Below are positions 48,820-60,669 of a stretch of DNA of 64,000 nucleotides, piece by piece (the stretch's first letter is position 1; every line of letters starts with the position of its first letter). The stretch is from Candidatus Poribacteria bacterium (GTDB lineage: Bacteria; Poribacteria; WGA-4E; WGA-3G). The stretch lies in the NCBI GenBank assembly GCA_965205025.1, contig CBDBFU010000025.1:25574-89573 (forward strand). The letters are read 5' to 3'. Under the pieces are notes generated by a model. That model was not told where the DNA came from. It made no database searches and saw only the letters and a list, made by a program, of their open reading frames with translations. The position numbers and the translations under genes were made by a program.

Positions 48820-48944
48820 TGTTCCTTTGTTTTTTTTAATTGTTAACATAATCGGATAATCTGTTCTAATATGCAAAAATCACTTTCATTTGATTGTAAA
48901 AGAAATGGGTTAGACAAAGGGAAGCCTTCATTATGCCAGTCAAT

Positions 48945-49832
48945 TTACTGGCCACCAGAGTTTGCGTTAACACTTGCAGGAATATATACCATAGTAGACT
49001 GAGTTAATGCCCCTGGTAGTGTAGGTATTTGAGAATCAGAAAAAGTATCTGATGTAGATGATGTGCTTTGTTGTCTATCCTCATCAGTTACTGTAATAAG
49101 TATTTGAACCGCAACAGGTGTAGCATCAGTCTGGTCCCAGGATTCATACATTGATTCTTCATCAATATACTTCAGATCAAAGTTTATGATTCCTTCGATT
49201 ACTGGAGTGACATCAAACCCAAAAACTGGAAGTCCACTTTCATCGACTGTTGGTATTACTCCTGTATCCATAATTGAACTGACAACTAATTCAGGATTTA
49301 ACGAAGTTGATACGACACGATATAATACCAACTCTTCAGTTATTGGCGTAGACGGTTCTGCTGTCTGCCCAACATTTGAAATTGGGGGTGGAATATTACC
49401 GTTTTGGATGTCCTGCGATGGAACTTTCGGTCCAACATAGTAGGTAACTCGTCTTACATCACTTAATGGTATAGTGATATTATCAGGATTTGTTGGTAAT
49501 TGGATAGAAAATGGATCAGGATCAGATTTTACAAATGTAACAAAACTTATAATATCTCTTTCTCCATCTACTGTAGGTCTATCCTCGGTAAAAAGAGTTA
49601 ACATCTCATCAGATGTATCAGCTTGCATCTGACTCAGATCAAGGAATAATTGTTCAAAAGCATATCTGGATCGTTGAGCTTGAATTACTTTAGACTGGGT
49701 ACGATGATAAACTTTTATAGCCATATTGAAAACGGCATAAGAAGTGCCGCTCATTATTACGATTACACTAACAGCAGTTAGCATTTCCACCAGTGTAAGA
49801 CCAAATTCGGATCTGTTATTGTTTTTTCTCAT
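48945..49832 (-). CDS. gspJ: Minor pseudopilin J-like
   Basis: G|LTLVEMLTAV prepilin motif; position between I-like and K genes; start at ATG 49832. Confidence 0.75.
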   Translation of the reverse strand: MRKNNNRSEFGLTLVEMLTAVSVIVIMSGTSYAVFNMAIKVYHRTQSKVIQAQRSRYAFEQLFLDLSQMQADTSDEMLTLFTEDRPTVDGERDIISFVTFVKSDPDPFSIQLPTNPDNITIPLSDVRRVTYYVGPKVPSQDIQNGNIPPPISNVGQTAEPSTPITEELVLYRVVSTSLNPELVVSSIMDTGVIPTVDESGLPVFGFDVTPVIEGIINFDLKYIDEESMYESWDQTDATPVAVQILITVTDEDRQQSTSSTSDTFSDSQIPTLPGALTQSTMVYIPASVNANSGGQ

Positions 49833-49955
49833 AACTATATGAATGTCGCATTTTGTGAACTGAGGATATCCACTCCAAAGGTATATATTCAAAGAAAGAT
49901 TCTATATAATTATATCTATTGATTTGTAAAATTCTGAGACTGGATCTTTTATATA

Positions 49956-50351
49956 TTACTGTAATTCTCTATTTGCCATATATGTGGAAGCACCTATTGA
50001 CTTTACCTGACCTAAATGTGACCAGGTAATTGTCACCTCTACTCTTAATAATCCTTCTAATTCTTCTGGATCTACTTCCGTAACAATAGACTCCCATTGG
50101 TATAGTGAATCTTCACCAAATTCACCACTATCCTGTCCAACATCCGGTAATCCATTTGCTTCAATTTCTGCCATTTGGGTTTTTAGTAAGTTAAGAGCAG
50201 TTAATCTGTTATCCATTAAAGCTTGACTACGAGAGATATCACTAAACACCTTTAATAGGGCAGGTAATACTGCTGCCATTATAGCGATGGTTACAAGTAT
50301 TTCTGCAAATGTAAATCCTCTTTCTCTGTTATATTGGATCGGGTTATTCAT
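49956..50351 (-). CDS. gspI: Minor pseudopilin I-like
   Basis: G|FTFAEILV; short; LRVEVTITW. Confidence 0.75.
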   Translation of the reverse strand: MNNPIQYNRERGFTFAEILVTIAIMAAVLPALLKVFSDISRSQALMDNRLTALNLLKTQMAEIEANGLPDVGQDSGEFGEDSLYQWESIVTEVDPEELEGLLRVEVTITWSHLGQVKSIGASTYMANRELQ

Positions 50352-51006
50352 TCACTAAATTTCCTTCAATACCAAGTGTCTCAATTTCTTCTCGCGTCAT
50401 CTGTTCCATATTAACTTTTCCAGTCGATGCTTCAACAGAAATTGAGATAGCATTCCCATTTGTGTTTTGAAGATATATTGTTATCTCAGATGACTTTGAA
50501 GTGGGAGTAAAATAGGCATAATCTGCCCCAGTGGTAATACGTTGATAAGTTCCATTGTGATTTGTAACTATAGATGCAAAAGATACACTTTTCTGTAGAA
50601 GCCGTGGGACACCCATTACACCGCCAGTACGCGAAACAAGCATTTGATTACCTTGTCCTGGAATTGTAGTGGGTGCTGGAGTAGGTGTAGATGCCCTACC
50701 TGCTGATGATAATGGATTCTGTATATCTAATGTGTCGCTTGATGCCAACCAGAATCTATTACCCGTTATATCAAATACTACTATATGGGTATTTCTTTCT
50801 GTGATTGCCATATCTCGTGCAAACGATAATGTATCAACGATTGCACGAGCGGACGTTTTTAATCTTCTGGAAGATGCAAACCCTTTCATGGCAGGCATTG
50901 TGATAGATGATATAACTGCAATGATAGCGAACACCAGCATGATTTCCATCAAGCTGAAACCATCTTCATTAGAATTAGTTATACTTATTCGGTTTCTTAT
51001 GGTCAT
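50344..51006 (-). CDS. gspH: Minor pseudopilin H-like
   Basis: G|FSLMEIML; ARDMAI pattern; start at ATG 51006. Confidence 0.75.
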   Translation of the reverse strand: MTIRNRISITNSNEDGFSLMEIMLVFAIIAVISSITMPAMKGFASSRRLKTSARAIVDTLSFARDMAITERNTHIVVFDITGNRFWLASSDTLDIQNPLSSAGRASTPTPAPTTIPGQGNQMLVSRTGGVMGVPRLLQKSVSFASIVTNHNGTYQRITTGADYAYFTPTSKSSEITIYLQNTNGNAISISVEASTGKVNMEQMTREEIETLGIEGNLVNE

Positions 51007-51032
51007 GTTTGTCCCTAAGAAATCATTAAGAA

Positions 51033-51488
51033 TTATTGACCTTGTGTAGTCTCTTCTATCCAATTGGTGATATCCTTATCAAGATCAGTTCCACCAAGTT
51101 TACCATCTCTACCGTACGACATTAGGTCATAGTCGTATCCATAATTGCTACCGGGGTTCCGATAGACATACGGATTACCCCATGGATCGTTTGTTAGTTG
51201 TTGATCAAGATACGGTCCTGCCCAACCCAATGGAGCTGGATTTGGTGCTCGCCATAACGCATCTAAGCCTTGTTCGGATGTAGGATATTCTCCTATCTCA
51301 GCCATATATAGTCCTAAGGCTGTTTTAAGATTACTAATTTCAATTTTTGCCTTAGATACTTTAGCCTTTTGGGGTGCATTCACTATTCTTGGAGCAATAA
51401 ATGCAGCTAAAATACCTAAAATTACAATAACTATAGTCAATTCAATTAGTGTTAAACCTGATTCATCTCTTTTCAGTTGTTTTATCAT
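51033..51488 (-). CDS. gspG: Major pseudopilin G
   Basis: G|LTLIEL, YPTSEQGLDAL, WAGPYL, DPWGNPYVY, SYGRDG. Confidence 0.95.
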   Translation of the reverse strand: MIKQLKRDESGLTLIELTIVIVILGILAAFIAPRIVNAPQKAKVSKAKIEISNLKTALGLYMAEIGEYPTSEQGLDALWRAPNPAPLGWAGPYLDQQLTNDPWGNPYVYRNPGSNYGYDYDLMSYGRDGKLGGTDLDKDITNWIEETTQGQ

Positions 51489-51605
51489 GATGTTTAACTC
51501 CTTATAATATTTTGATCTGAATGGTCTTGTTTTACTTCTATATCCGTGAACTTATGCCTAATTAGACAAATAACCATAGTGATAGTTTAGAAAAAATGAC
51601 CTAAC

Positions 51606-52832
51606 CTATCCACCACCTAAAGCTTGTTGTGCTTCGAAAATAGGTAGAATCATAGCAACTGCAATAAAACCGATGAGTAAACCCATAATTAGAATTACCA
51701 ATGGACTGATTGAACTTGTTAATCTTTCAAGATTCTTTCTGATTTCCATATCATAGTAATCCGAAAGTTTCTTTAACATTGTTACCGGTTCACCAGATTC
51801 TTCACCAACCGCAATCATGTGCGTTACAAGTGATGGAAAATCTTTGCTTTTCTCCAGTTCTCTTGAAAGGGTGGAACCTTGTTCTACTTCTTGTTCAGCT
51901 TCAGAAATAATATGACTGTAAACTTTATTCCCAATTGTGTCCTTCACAACTTTTAAGGCTTGAAGCATACGAACACCATTTTCCAATAGAGTAGCCATTG
52001 TACGAGTAAATCGTACGATCGCGAAAGTACTAAATACAGGACCGATCAGTGGAATTTTTATTTTTATTCGATCAAGTAGTAACTGACCATTTTCTGTCCG
52101 AAGATATTGTCTAAGAAAAGTGGCAATAATACTAATTCCAAGTAAACCAACCCACCAGAAACTTGCAAAACCGTTTGAGAAAGAAATCAGTATTTGTGTG
52201 GGGAGTGGGAGTTCACCACCAAATTCTTCAAACATAGCAGTAAATTTTGGGATAACGAGAACCATTAATACAATTATTGCCGTTACCATCAACCCAAATA
52301 GAATAGCGGGATAGAACAACGCTGAAATGACTTGGTTTTTTAGTAAGCGTTGTCTTTCAGCAAATTCAGCAAGTCGCTCCAACACTTCACCTAACACACC
52401 ACCTGTTTCTCCTGCTTTAACCATATTTACATATAGATCAGAGAAAATTTTGGGATGTTGTTGTAATGCTGCATTAAATGTTGCACCGTGTTCAACATCG
52501 TATTTTACCTGTGATATTATCCTATGTAATTCAGGATTTGCAATCTGATCTAAAGTTACCTCTATGGCACGGGGAAGTGCGACATGTGCATTAATTAAAG
52601 CTGCCAATTGGTAAGTAAAAAACTCAACATCCGCAGATTTTACCTTACGAGTACCAATATTTAGTATCCGTTTTGCTTTTGTTTCAAGAAGTTCACCTTC
52701 TTCAACAATCTTCGTTGGCCAATAACCCATTTGACGTAGTTGAGCAATCAAATCTGCCTTTGTTTCAGCTTCTAAAGTATTATTTACTGTTGCTCCAGTA
52801 TAGGTTATGGCTTCATATTGAAATCTCGGCAT
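51606..52832 (-). CDS. gspF: Type II secretion inner membrane platform protein F
   Basis: MVKAGETGGVL, ALFYP, MIAVGEESG, AMILPIF. Confidence 0.93.
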   Translation of the reverse strand: MPRFQYEAITYTGATVNNTLEAETKADLIAQLRQMGYWPTKIVEEGELLETKAKRILNIGTRKVKSADVEFFTYQLAALINAHVALPRAIEVTLDQIANPELHRIISQVKYDVEHGATFNAALQQHPKIFSDLYVNMVKAGETGGVLGEVLERLAEFAERQRLLKNQVISALFYPAILFGLMVTAIIVLMVLVIPKFTAMFEEFGGELPLPTQILISFSNGFASFWWVGLLGISIIATFLRQYLRTENGQLLLDRIKIKIPLIGPVFSTFAIVRFTRTMATLLENGVRMLQALKVVKDTIGNKVYSHIISEAEQEVEQGSTLSRELEKSKDFPSLVTHMIAVGEESGEPVTMLKKLSDYYDMEIRKNLERLTSSISPLVILIMGLLIGFIAVAMILPIFEAQQALGGG

Positions 52833-52980
52833 GGTTACCTCTATTACTGCGTTTTACTTAATAGAATTACAACTCATATTCGGATAGTTTGGGATATTAG
52901 ATGTGTGGTGTCTTTACATATTCGGATATATGTAAAAAAAGAAAAGAAATTACACAAAATACAATTACCGCAGAGTTAAT

Positions 52981-54849
52981 TTATTCAGATGTACCTTCGT
53001 CAAAATCGTAGGCATCTTCTTGAGTGAGTCTGAGAATTTCATCAACGGTTGTTAAACCTGCTGTCACCTTTTGCCATCCATCTTCTCGAAGACTTTTCAT
53101 ACCTAATCTAACTGCAAGCTTTCGTAATTCACTTGATGAAGCGTGTTGAAGTGCCATTGACTGAAGTTCTTCTGACATGAAGATAACTTCAAAGATACCA
53201 ATTCTTCCTCTATAGCCTCTGCCTCGACACTCTTTACACCCGCCGACTTTTGCACGGGGTATCTCAAGATTATCGTCTACATGTACACCATTATTAGTAA
53301 ATATTCCTGCAATTTCTTCTTCTGTTGGTGGAGCCATTTCACAGCATACATTACAAACCCTACGGGCTAAACGTTGCGCGATAATTCCTTCAACAGTGGA
53401 TGCCACTAAATATGGTTCAACTTTCATGTCAATTAGACGCGTGATAGCACTTGGAGCATCATTAGTGTGAAGTGTGCTAAACACAAGGTGTCCTGTTAAA
53501 GCAGTATGAATTGCCATTTCAGCCGTTTCGTAGTCCCGTATTTCTCCAACAAGTACTTTATCAGGGTCTTGTCTGAGGATATGCCGCAATCCATCTGCAA
53601 AGGTAAATTCTATATCAGGATTCACCTGGATTTGATTAATACCTTCTAATTCATATTCCACAGGATCTTCAAGTGTGATGATTTTCACATACGGTGTATT
53701 AATTTCCTTAAGGCATGCATAAAGAGTTGTGGTTTTACCACTCCCTGTAGGACCTGTAGCAAGGATAATACCATGAGGTTTGTGGATCATGCGTTGGAAA
53801 AGTTCATAATTTGTATCTGTTAATCCAAGCTCAGTTAATCCGAATTCAATTGACTGTCTATCAAGTATACGGAGTACAACACTCTCACTATGTTGTGTGG
53901 CAACAGTTGGAACTGTAGATACACGTAGATCAATCTGTCGGTTATTGACACTACTAATTTCTCTATTTATCTTTCCATCTTGAGGTCGACGACGTTCAGC
54001 AACATCCATACCAGCCATAATTTTAATACGTGAAGTAATAGCAGACTGTAAATATGCCGGGGGTTGGGGTTGATCTTCTAACACGCCATCAACACGAAAA
54101 CGTATTTTTAACTCTTCTGGATACGGTTCAATATGAATATCACTCGCACCAGCACGCACAGCATCAATTATCATTTGGTCGACAGCTTGAATAACGGTGG
54201 GATCTTGACTAAGGTCTTTTTCGTCAATACCAAAATCTTCTATCCTCTCACGCTCAACAGTAGCCGCTGCACCGACAGGACCTTTAATTCCAGCACTCAG
54301 AAGAGATGCAGCTGTCTGTCCATATAATCTAACAATAGCCTCAGAGATCTCTTCTTCGTCTGCAAGAAGTAAATTAATATCACATTCTGTAACAAACTGT
54401 ATCTCATCCATTAGAGTTATATCTTGAACATCTGCAACAGCAACGGTTAAGACGTTGTCTTCTAAATTTACAGGTACAATTGTATTTCGATATGCAAAAC
54501 TGGGTGGTACTTTATCAAGTGCTTCTTGTTCTGGATTTATTTCTTCTAATTGAATTATCGGTGTACTATATTGACGACCTTTTTTAGCAAGTTCAAGTGT
54601 TTTTGGAGATACATATTCTGATATAATAACTTCTTCAGATTCACCTGCTTTTTCTATTTCATCAAGTATTTGTCTATACTCAGGTGAAGCTGATTCATTA
54701 AATTCATCCATATTCTCTGGTCTATCAATTGGTTTATTAACCCAACCTTCAAGTATTCTTCCATGTATCTCTTGATATTGTTCATCAGAGATTAAATCCG
54801 CTTCTCTTAAGACATCAACAAGTGATTTTTTGATTGAGGCATTGTACAT
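52981..54849 (-). CDS. gspE: Type II secretion ATPase E
   Basis: ASDIHIEP, PQDG, Walker A GPTGSGKT, LRQDPD, TGHLVFSTLHTN, Cys-rich Zn motif. Confidence 0.93.
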   Translation of the reverse strand: MYNASIKKSLVDVLREADLISDEQYQEIHGRILEGWVNKPIDRPENMDEFNESASPEYRQILDEIEKAGESEEVIISEYVSPKTLELAKKGRQYSTPIIQLEEINPEQEALDKVPPSFAYRNTIVPVNLEDNVLTVAVADVQDITLMDEIQFVTECDINLLLADEEEISEAIVRLYGQTAASLLSAGIKGPVGAAATVERERIEDFGIDEKDLSQDPTVIQAVDQMIIDAVRAGASDIHIEPYPEELKIRFRVDGVLEDQPQPPAYLQSAITSRIKIMAGMDVAERRRPQDGKINREISSVNNRQIDLRVSTVPTVATQHSESVVLRILDRQSIEFGLTELGLTDTNYELFQRMIHKPHGIILATGPTGSGKTTTLYACLKEINTPYVKIITLEDPVEYELEGINQIQVNPDIEFTFADGLRHILRQDPDKVLVGEIRDYETAEMAIHTALTGHLVFSTLHTNDAPSAITRLIDMKVEPYLVASTVEGIIAQRLARRVCNVCCEMAPPTEEEIAGIFTNNGVHVDDNLEIPRAKVGGCKECRGRGYRGRIGIFEVIFMSEELQSMALQHASSSELRKLAVRLGMKSLREDGWQKVTAGLTTVDEILRLTQEDAYDFDEGTSE

Positions 54850-55213
54850 AATTTATAATAACTTCCTTATTTTGTTAACGAAAGATATGACGCAAAAAAA
54901 TATTTTTCGTTTAGAAGAAATAATTGAAGATTCTGATTGGAAATACCATATCTATACAATTATACTATTAATATTATGTGAGATTCCAAGAATTTTATAT
55001 TTCTCTGAGTATCACAAGTTTGGTGTATCCAATTATAAACGTCTATATTTTAACAGGGAAATTTCGTTTAATCCAGACATTCAAATCAGTTTCAGTATAT
55101 AGACATACCATTACTAAATTAGTTCGTATTCTTGTTAAGATCTCTGAAAACATAAAGATTTAGCGTCTTTTTCAAGAAATTACACGAATTTACAAGTTTT
55201 TTAAACTATTTGC

Positions 55214-55243
55214 TTGACAAAACGTTATAGTATAATGTATTAT
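55214..55243 (+). promoter_or_regulatory. Putative sigma-70 promoter of the sigma factor gene
   Basis: TTGACA at 55214-19 and TATTAT at 55238-43 (18 nt spacer). Confidence 0.4.
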
Positions 55244-55292
55244 ATATCTTCGGCAGATTTTTATGATTATCAAATATAAGGAGAGGAGACGA

Positions 55293-56264
55293 ATGGAAAC
55301 CGAGTTTTTCGGTGATACTGAAGAAATCGAAGGCGTAGATTCATATATTGATGAGACCACATATCCTTCGGAGGAAACAGAATATTCAAACGACTATAAG
55401 AGTAGTGATAGAAGTGCTTTAACGAGTTGGCTACGGAGTGTCGCAGGACATCGTTTATTGACTCGAGAAGAAGAAGTAGAATTAGCAAAACGAATTGAAG
55501 CTGGTGATACGAGTGCAAGGGATGAGTTAGTTCAGGCTAATTTACGCCTCGTGATTTCTATTGCAGTTAGGTATCAAGGTAACAAGGTCCCACTTGAAGA
55601 CCTTATTCAGGAAGGAAACATTGGCTTAATTAAAGCGGCTGGTAAATTCGATTATAGGAAAGGGTTCAAATTTAGTACCTATGCAATATGGTGGATTAAA
55701 CAATCCATTATGAGAACCCTTGATAACTTTGCTCGTTCTATTCGGTTGCCAGCATATATCGTTGCGAAAATGAATAAGTTTGATGCAACCTACGCATCAC
55801 TTTGCCAAGAATTACAAAGAGAACCGTCACGTGCGGAAATTGCTGAAGCACTTGACCTGACTGTACAACAGGTAGAAGAAATTCTGACTTTTAATGCTGA
55901 TACCATTTCAATGGATTTACCTCTTGGAGAAGAACGTTCAGCACGTTCGGCTGCAACATTGGGAGATTTAATTGAAGATCCGGCAACTGCCGCTGAAGAT
56001 GGACCAATTTCACAACTCATTAAACACGATTTGGTGGAACAATTCCTCAGTAAACTACCTGAACGGGAACAACAGGTATTGAAAATGCGGTTCGGACTTG
56101 ATGATGGAGAACGTAAAACACTCCGCGAAATTGGAGATGCACTTGACGTTACCAGAGAACGTATCAGACAATTAGAAATCTATGCAATTTCTCAACTCAA
56201 CACTCTTTACAATGAAATGGGTGAATTTCGGACAGAATATAAAATTGGTAAAACTGCAGCCTAA
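55293..56264 (+). CDS. RNA polymerase sigma-70 factor, RpoD/RpoS family (no region 1.1)
   Basis: LLTREEEVELA, ANLRLVISIA, DLIQEGNIGL, GFKFSTYAIWWI, VTRERIRQLE; RBS GAGGAG before ATG 55293. Confidence 0.92.
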   Translation: METEFFGDTEEIEGVDSYIDETTYPSEETEYSNDYKSSDRSALTSWLRSVAGHRLLTREEEVELAKRIEAGDTSARDELVQANLRLVISIAVRYQGNKVPLEDLIQEGNIGLIKAAGKFDYRKGFKFSTYAIWWIKQSIMRTLDNFARSIRLPAYIVAKMNKFDATYASLCQELQREPSRAEIAEALDLTVQQVEEILTFNADTISMDLPLGEERSARSAATLGDLIEDPATAAEDGPISQLIKHDLVEQFLSKLPEREQQVLKMRFGLDDGERKTLREIGDALDVTRERIRQLEIYAISQLNTLYNEMGEFRTEYKIGKTAA

Positions 56265-56285
56265 GTTTGATGAATAGAGGAACTT

Positions 56286-56900
56286 ATGAAGAATCTACTA
56301 AAAAAGATAGCGGGAAGTGAAGATGCTTTATTGCAAATTACACCGACCGCAGAAGAAAAAATTCAATCTGTAATTGAGTCAGAAGACGTAGAAGTTGAAG
56401 GACTTCGAATTTCTATTGAAGGTCGAAATGCAACCTCTTTCCAATATAGTCTTGGGTTAGCTACTGAAGCTGAAGAGGGTGATATCGTAATCGAGAAAAA
56501 TTCTTTTAAAGTACTTGTTGATTCAAAAAGTGCCTCTGATCTCAAAGGCGCAGTCATTGATTACGTCGAAGATCTTAATTCAAGTGGTTTCAAAATCGAA
56601 AACCCCAATACACCAACTTGGGATAATCCGAAAGCACAAAAAATTCAAGAGTTAATCGATGAACGTATTAATCCAGCAGTCGCAGCCCACGGTGGTCAGA
56701 TAGAGCTACTAAATGTTGAAGATGAAGCTATATATATACATATGGGGGGTGGTTGTCAAGGATGTGGAATGGCGAATGTTACCCTCAAGCACGGAATAGA
56801 GGCTATGATACAAGAAGTATTCCCAGAGATCAAACAAGTAATTGATACTACCGACCATGGTGCTGGTGATAATCCTTATTACTCACAAGGAAAAGGGTAG
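56286..56900 (+). CDS. nfuA: Fe-S biogenesis protein NfuA
   Basis: Degenerate A-type carrier domain followed by NifU-like domain INPAVAAHGG..GGCQGC. Confidence 0.9.
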   Translation: MKNLLKKIAGSEDALLQITPTAEEKIQSVIESEDVEVEGLRISIEGRNATSFQYSLGLATEAEEGDIVIEKNSFKVLVDSKSASDLKGAVIDYVEDLNSSGFKIENPNTPTWDNPKAQKIQELIDERINPAVAAHGGQIELLNVEDEAIYIHMGGGCQGCGMANVTLKHGIEAMIQEVFPEIKQVIDTTDHGAGDNPYYSQGKG

Positions 56901-56966
56901 TTATTATCTGAATTAAAGTAAATTGGTTCTTAAATTGAATTGTAAAGTTGACTGGGACAAATAATT

Positions 56967-57950
56967 TCAGTCAACTTTTTCTATTTTTACACCTTTGTTA
57001 TTTGCATAGGTTATGAAACATGTGCCACCATTCGGTAATGATGATAAGAAACTCTCTGTTTTTTGTTTTAAGTTATTGATATTATCACTTAACGCACAGA
57101 TGGCAGGTCCCCAACTGCTAACACCAGCACCTAATGCACCATTGCATTGTAAATATTCTAAGGTCTGTTGTAATTCTATTCCTTGTGCATCTATTTCTAC
57201 TTTTTTCCATCCGAAATTCTGAATACTATTCAATGCCTTTCCAAAACTATCAATATCATCCTCTAAAACTGCTGGCAATATCTTTAGAAGTAGTAAATGT
57301 GATATTTCCGGGGCTACTGATTCAGGTTGCGGACAGCGAGTTCGGAACAATTCTAATTCCGCTTCACCATATATTTTTTTACAATTTGGGATTACGATCA
57401 GTAATGGCCAGGAAGGAAATGAATAGCGAGCTAAAATTGGCGGCGGTGCTATATCTCCCACAGCTGCCGAGGGGAGAAATGATGCTTTCTGTTCAGGATA
57501 TCGGTGTCCTCCATCTACAATGAAACCACCAGTTTCAAATGCAGCAACACCAATCCCTGATGTGCCTCCTCGTCCAACTGTGTTGGCAAGTTGAAACAGA
57601 CTTACATCGAGATTATATAATTCATTTACAGCTGTAGCAATTGCCAGAGAAAGTTGTGTACCTGAACCGAAACCACTATGGTTGGGAATTTCATTAACAA
57701 TTCTTAGCTTAATGCCGGGAAAGGAATAAGAACTTTGTAACCTTGTTACGATTTCAATAGCACGTTCTTGGTAGGTATGTGATTCAATAAAAATATCTGA
57801 GGAAGATTCAGCAATAATCTGAAAATAAGGATTATTAATTGCTAACCCGAACCCACCATCAATTCGCCCCAGTTTTCCATTAAGATCTATCAATGAAAAA
57901 TGTAGGCGTGACGGAGTGGTAATTTGGATTCCGTTAGTTTCGTCTTTCAT
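56967..57950 (-). CDS. Beta-ribofuranosylaminobenzene 5'-phosphate synthase family (GHMP fold)
   Basis: [52 protein letters not shown]; start at ATG 57950. Confidence 0.85.
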   Translation of the reverse strand: MKDETNGIQITTPSRLHFSLIDLNGKLGRIDGGFGLAINNPYFQIIAESSSDIFIESHTYQERAIEIVTRLQSSYSFPGIKLRIVNEIPNHSGFGSGTQLSLAIATAVNELYNLDVSLFQLANTVGRGGTSGIGVAAFETGGFIVDGGHRYPEQKASFLPSAAVGDIAPPPILARYSFPSWPLLIVIPNCKKIYGEAELELFRTRCPQPESVAPEISHLLLLKILPAVLEDDIDSFGKALNSIQNFGWKKVEIDAQGIELQQTLEYLQCNGALGAGVSSWGPAICALSDNINNLKQKTESFLSSLPNGGTCFITYANNKGVKIEKVD

Positions 57951-58614
57951 CTCGCTCAATGAGACCATCTCGAATATGGAGTACACGTTCTGCATGCTCA
58001 GCAACTTCAGGTTCATGTGTTACCATAATTATGGTATTTCCTTCCTCATTAAGACGGTCAAAGATAGCAAGTATTTCTTTACCGGATCGGGTATCAAGGT
58101 TACCAGTTGGTTCATCAGCAAAGATCATTGATGGACTATTGACCAAGGCGCGAGCTATCGCAACACGTTGAACCTGTCCACCGGAGAGTTCGGTAGATTT
58201 ATGGTCAACACGGTCTGCTAAACCGACTGCTTCCAATGACTCAAAAGCTCTCCTTTTTCTTTCTTTTCTTCCTAATCCAGAATAGATCAATGGTAATTCT
58301 ACATTATGTAAGGCACTGGTCCGTGGAAGTAGGTTAAAAGATTGGAATACAAAACCAATTTTCTTATTTCTTATATCTGCAAGTCGGTTGTCAGACAATT
58401 TACCTACCTCTTCCCCTTCTAAAAGGTATTCTCCAGAAGTGGGGGTTGCAAGACAACCCAATATATCCATCATAGTTGACTTCCCAGAACCAGATGGACC
58501 CATTATAGCAATGAACTCACCAGAGTCAACGGTGAAGGTTACACCTCTTAACGCATGAACTTGGACATCACCCATCTCATAGACTTTAGTTAAATCGGTT
58601 ACATCTATTAACAT
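57934..58614 (-). CDS. ABC transporter ATP-binding protein (MacB/LolD-type)
   Basis: [41 protein letters not shown]. Confidence 0.93.
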   Translation of the reverse strand: MLIDVTDLTKVYEMGDVQVHALRGVTFTVDSGEFIAIMGPSGSGKSTMMDILGCLATPTSGEYLLEGEEVGKLSDNRLADIRNKKIGFVFQSFNLLPRTSALHNVELPLIYSGLGRKERKRRAFESLEAVGLADRVDHKSTELSGGQVQRVAIARALVNSPSMIFADEPTGNLDTRSGKEILAIFDRLNEEGNTIIMVTHEPEVAEHAERVLHIRDGLIERDERRN

Positions 58615-58707
58615 TTCCCAGTTTTCCTCTTATTTGATTATCTTTTTCTTAAAGTATCAATTTCCAAACTAATGATGGAGTGAAAATCACAATCATATTA
58701 ACAATGA

Positions 58708-60667
58708 TTATTTATCACTCTTTTCTCCTTTAGTTAATTCCATCATTGATGGAACAAATACACGATCTCCTTCTTTCAATCCACTAGTGACTTCAAAGTG
58801 TGTCTTGTTTCTCCTACCGACTTTTATATGTGTTTTTACACCTTTTTCCTTTTCGCCTTTTTTGGTCGGTTCTCCTGTATCAAGTTTTACAAAATGCTGA
58901 CGTTCACTCTTAATATCAGCTTGAATGCCAGATAATCGATTATTATCAGAAATGACGAGTATAATTTCGGTTGGTCCAGTACGGAGTCCTTTTGGTGGTT
59001 CGTCAAGTAATACCTCAAGATTACTACGGGTTTCTGTTGGTGATATCTTACCTACTTGTCCTGCAAACTGTTTACCAATGAGATCTTGTACCTTTAGTTT
59101 TTGTCCTTGTTGAAACTGAGTCAATTGGTCTGGTTGTAGAGTTGCCTTAACCGTTACTACCTCAGGACTTAAGACAGCAGAAATAGGAATCTGTAGTATA
59201 TCAGACTTTTCAAATACAATAATATCTACATCTGCAGACATACCTGGGAAAAGCTTATATTCATCTTCAGGAATTTCTACAGATATTTCTACCTCAAAAG
59301 TGATTACAGAACCACCACTATTTGGACCTCGTGGAGTGGAACTGGGAGATATTTCACTTACTGACCCTTGGAATACTTTATTCCGGTAACTATCAACCCG
59401 AATCTCTACTCGTTGTCCAGGTTTGATTTTCCCAATCTCAACCTGGTTAATTTGGGTTCTAACAATCATTTGTGTTAAATCGGCAATCTTCATTATTGCT
59501 TCTCCACGAGAAAATGATGATCTGCCAGAGGTGATAATTTCACCTTCTTCAACGGAGACACGAGTAATTGTTCCTGCCATTGGAGCACGGACAGTGGTCC
59601 AATCGAACCTTTCCTCTTGAGATTTAAGCCTACTTTCAGCTTGTAGCAGGTTTGCTTGCGCACTTACTTTTGAATGTTTTGTTAGTGCTTTCTCCTCTTC
59701 AGTTGTTTCTTCAGTCTGTTGTAATCGTGTTCGAGCATTATCTAAATCTGCTTTAAGTTGTTTTTCTTGGGCATCTTGTGATTCCCTAACAGTATCAACA
59801 TTCTTTTTATTTAAAGCAAGTGTAGCTTCTCGACTTTGAATAGCTTCCTGCATTGCATTTATACTCTCTTCTTGAGACTTTATCGTCTCTTTTTGAGATT
59901 CGACTTCTTTTAGGGCTGTTTCATAATTAGAATTATTTAGTACAAGTTGTCTTTGAGATTCATCTAATGTTTGTTGTGATATTAATTCTTTCTTAAAAAG
60001 TTCTTCATTGCGTTTATGTTCAGCCTGTGTTGTTTCAAGAGTTATTTTAGCTGATTCAACATTTGCCTTCCGTCTATCAAGTGTTAATTCTGCTTGTGTT
60101 AATGATATTTCACCCTGTTTGAGTGTGATTTTATCCCGGTTTAATAAGTTCTGTGTTGTTGCGACAAGCGTTTCAGCTTCTGTAATACGTTGTTGTTTAT
60201 TAACCGCAAAAGATTGAAGGTTCGCTTCAGCTTTTGATACAGCATTTTTCGCTTGAAGTAGATCGCTTTCTTCACGTTTTTCTGCAATTTGTATCCGTAA
60301 ATCTGCTTGTTCAAGTTCTGCTTTTCGGGCATCTCTGTAAGCCTTCGGCTTGTTTTCTCTCTTCTTTTATTTGTTCCTCATCAATTTTGAGCAAAGGATC
60401 GTTCACTTCTACAACATCGCTTTCCTCAACAAAAATCTCTACGATCTCACCTTCAACATTAGATCTAACGTCTACTTCCAGCAGAGAACGCAAATTCCCT
60501 GTTTCCTGTATCTTTACCAAGAATTCACCACGACGGACTACCTCACGTTTATCTTCCTCTTCATTATTCTTCTTGCTAAAGTTGAAACGTGTTGCTCCTA
60601 CCACGCCACCAACAATCACAACTAAAGCAATTGAGGTAATGATAATCCATTTTTTGTTTTTTTTCAT
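58708..60667 (-). CDS. Efflux membrane fusion protein (MacA-like) with long coiled coil; frameshifted
   Basis: Fragments 60311-60667 (TM, EVDVRSNVEGEI), coiled-coil middle, and 58708-59853 (RAPMAGTI, PGMSADVDI, GLKEGDRV). Confidence 0.8.
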
Positions 60668-60669
60668 TT

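Noticed and set aside
54830-55163. ORFs 54830..55102 and 54978..55163
   Set aside because: AT-rich divergent promoter region with no protein motifs.
55214-55236. Perfect TTGACA/TATAAT promoter pair
   Set aside because: The spacer is only 11 nt; TATTAT at 55238 is the more plausible -10.
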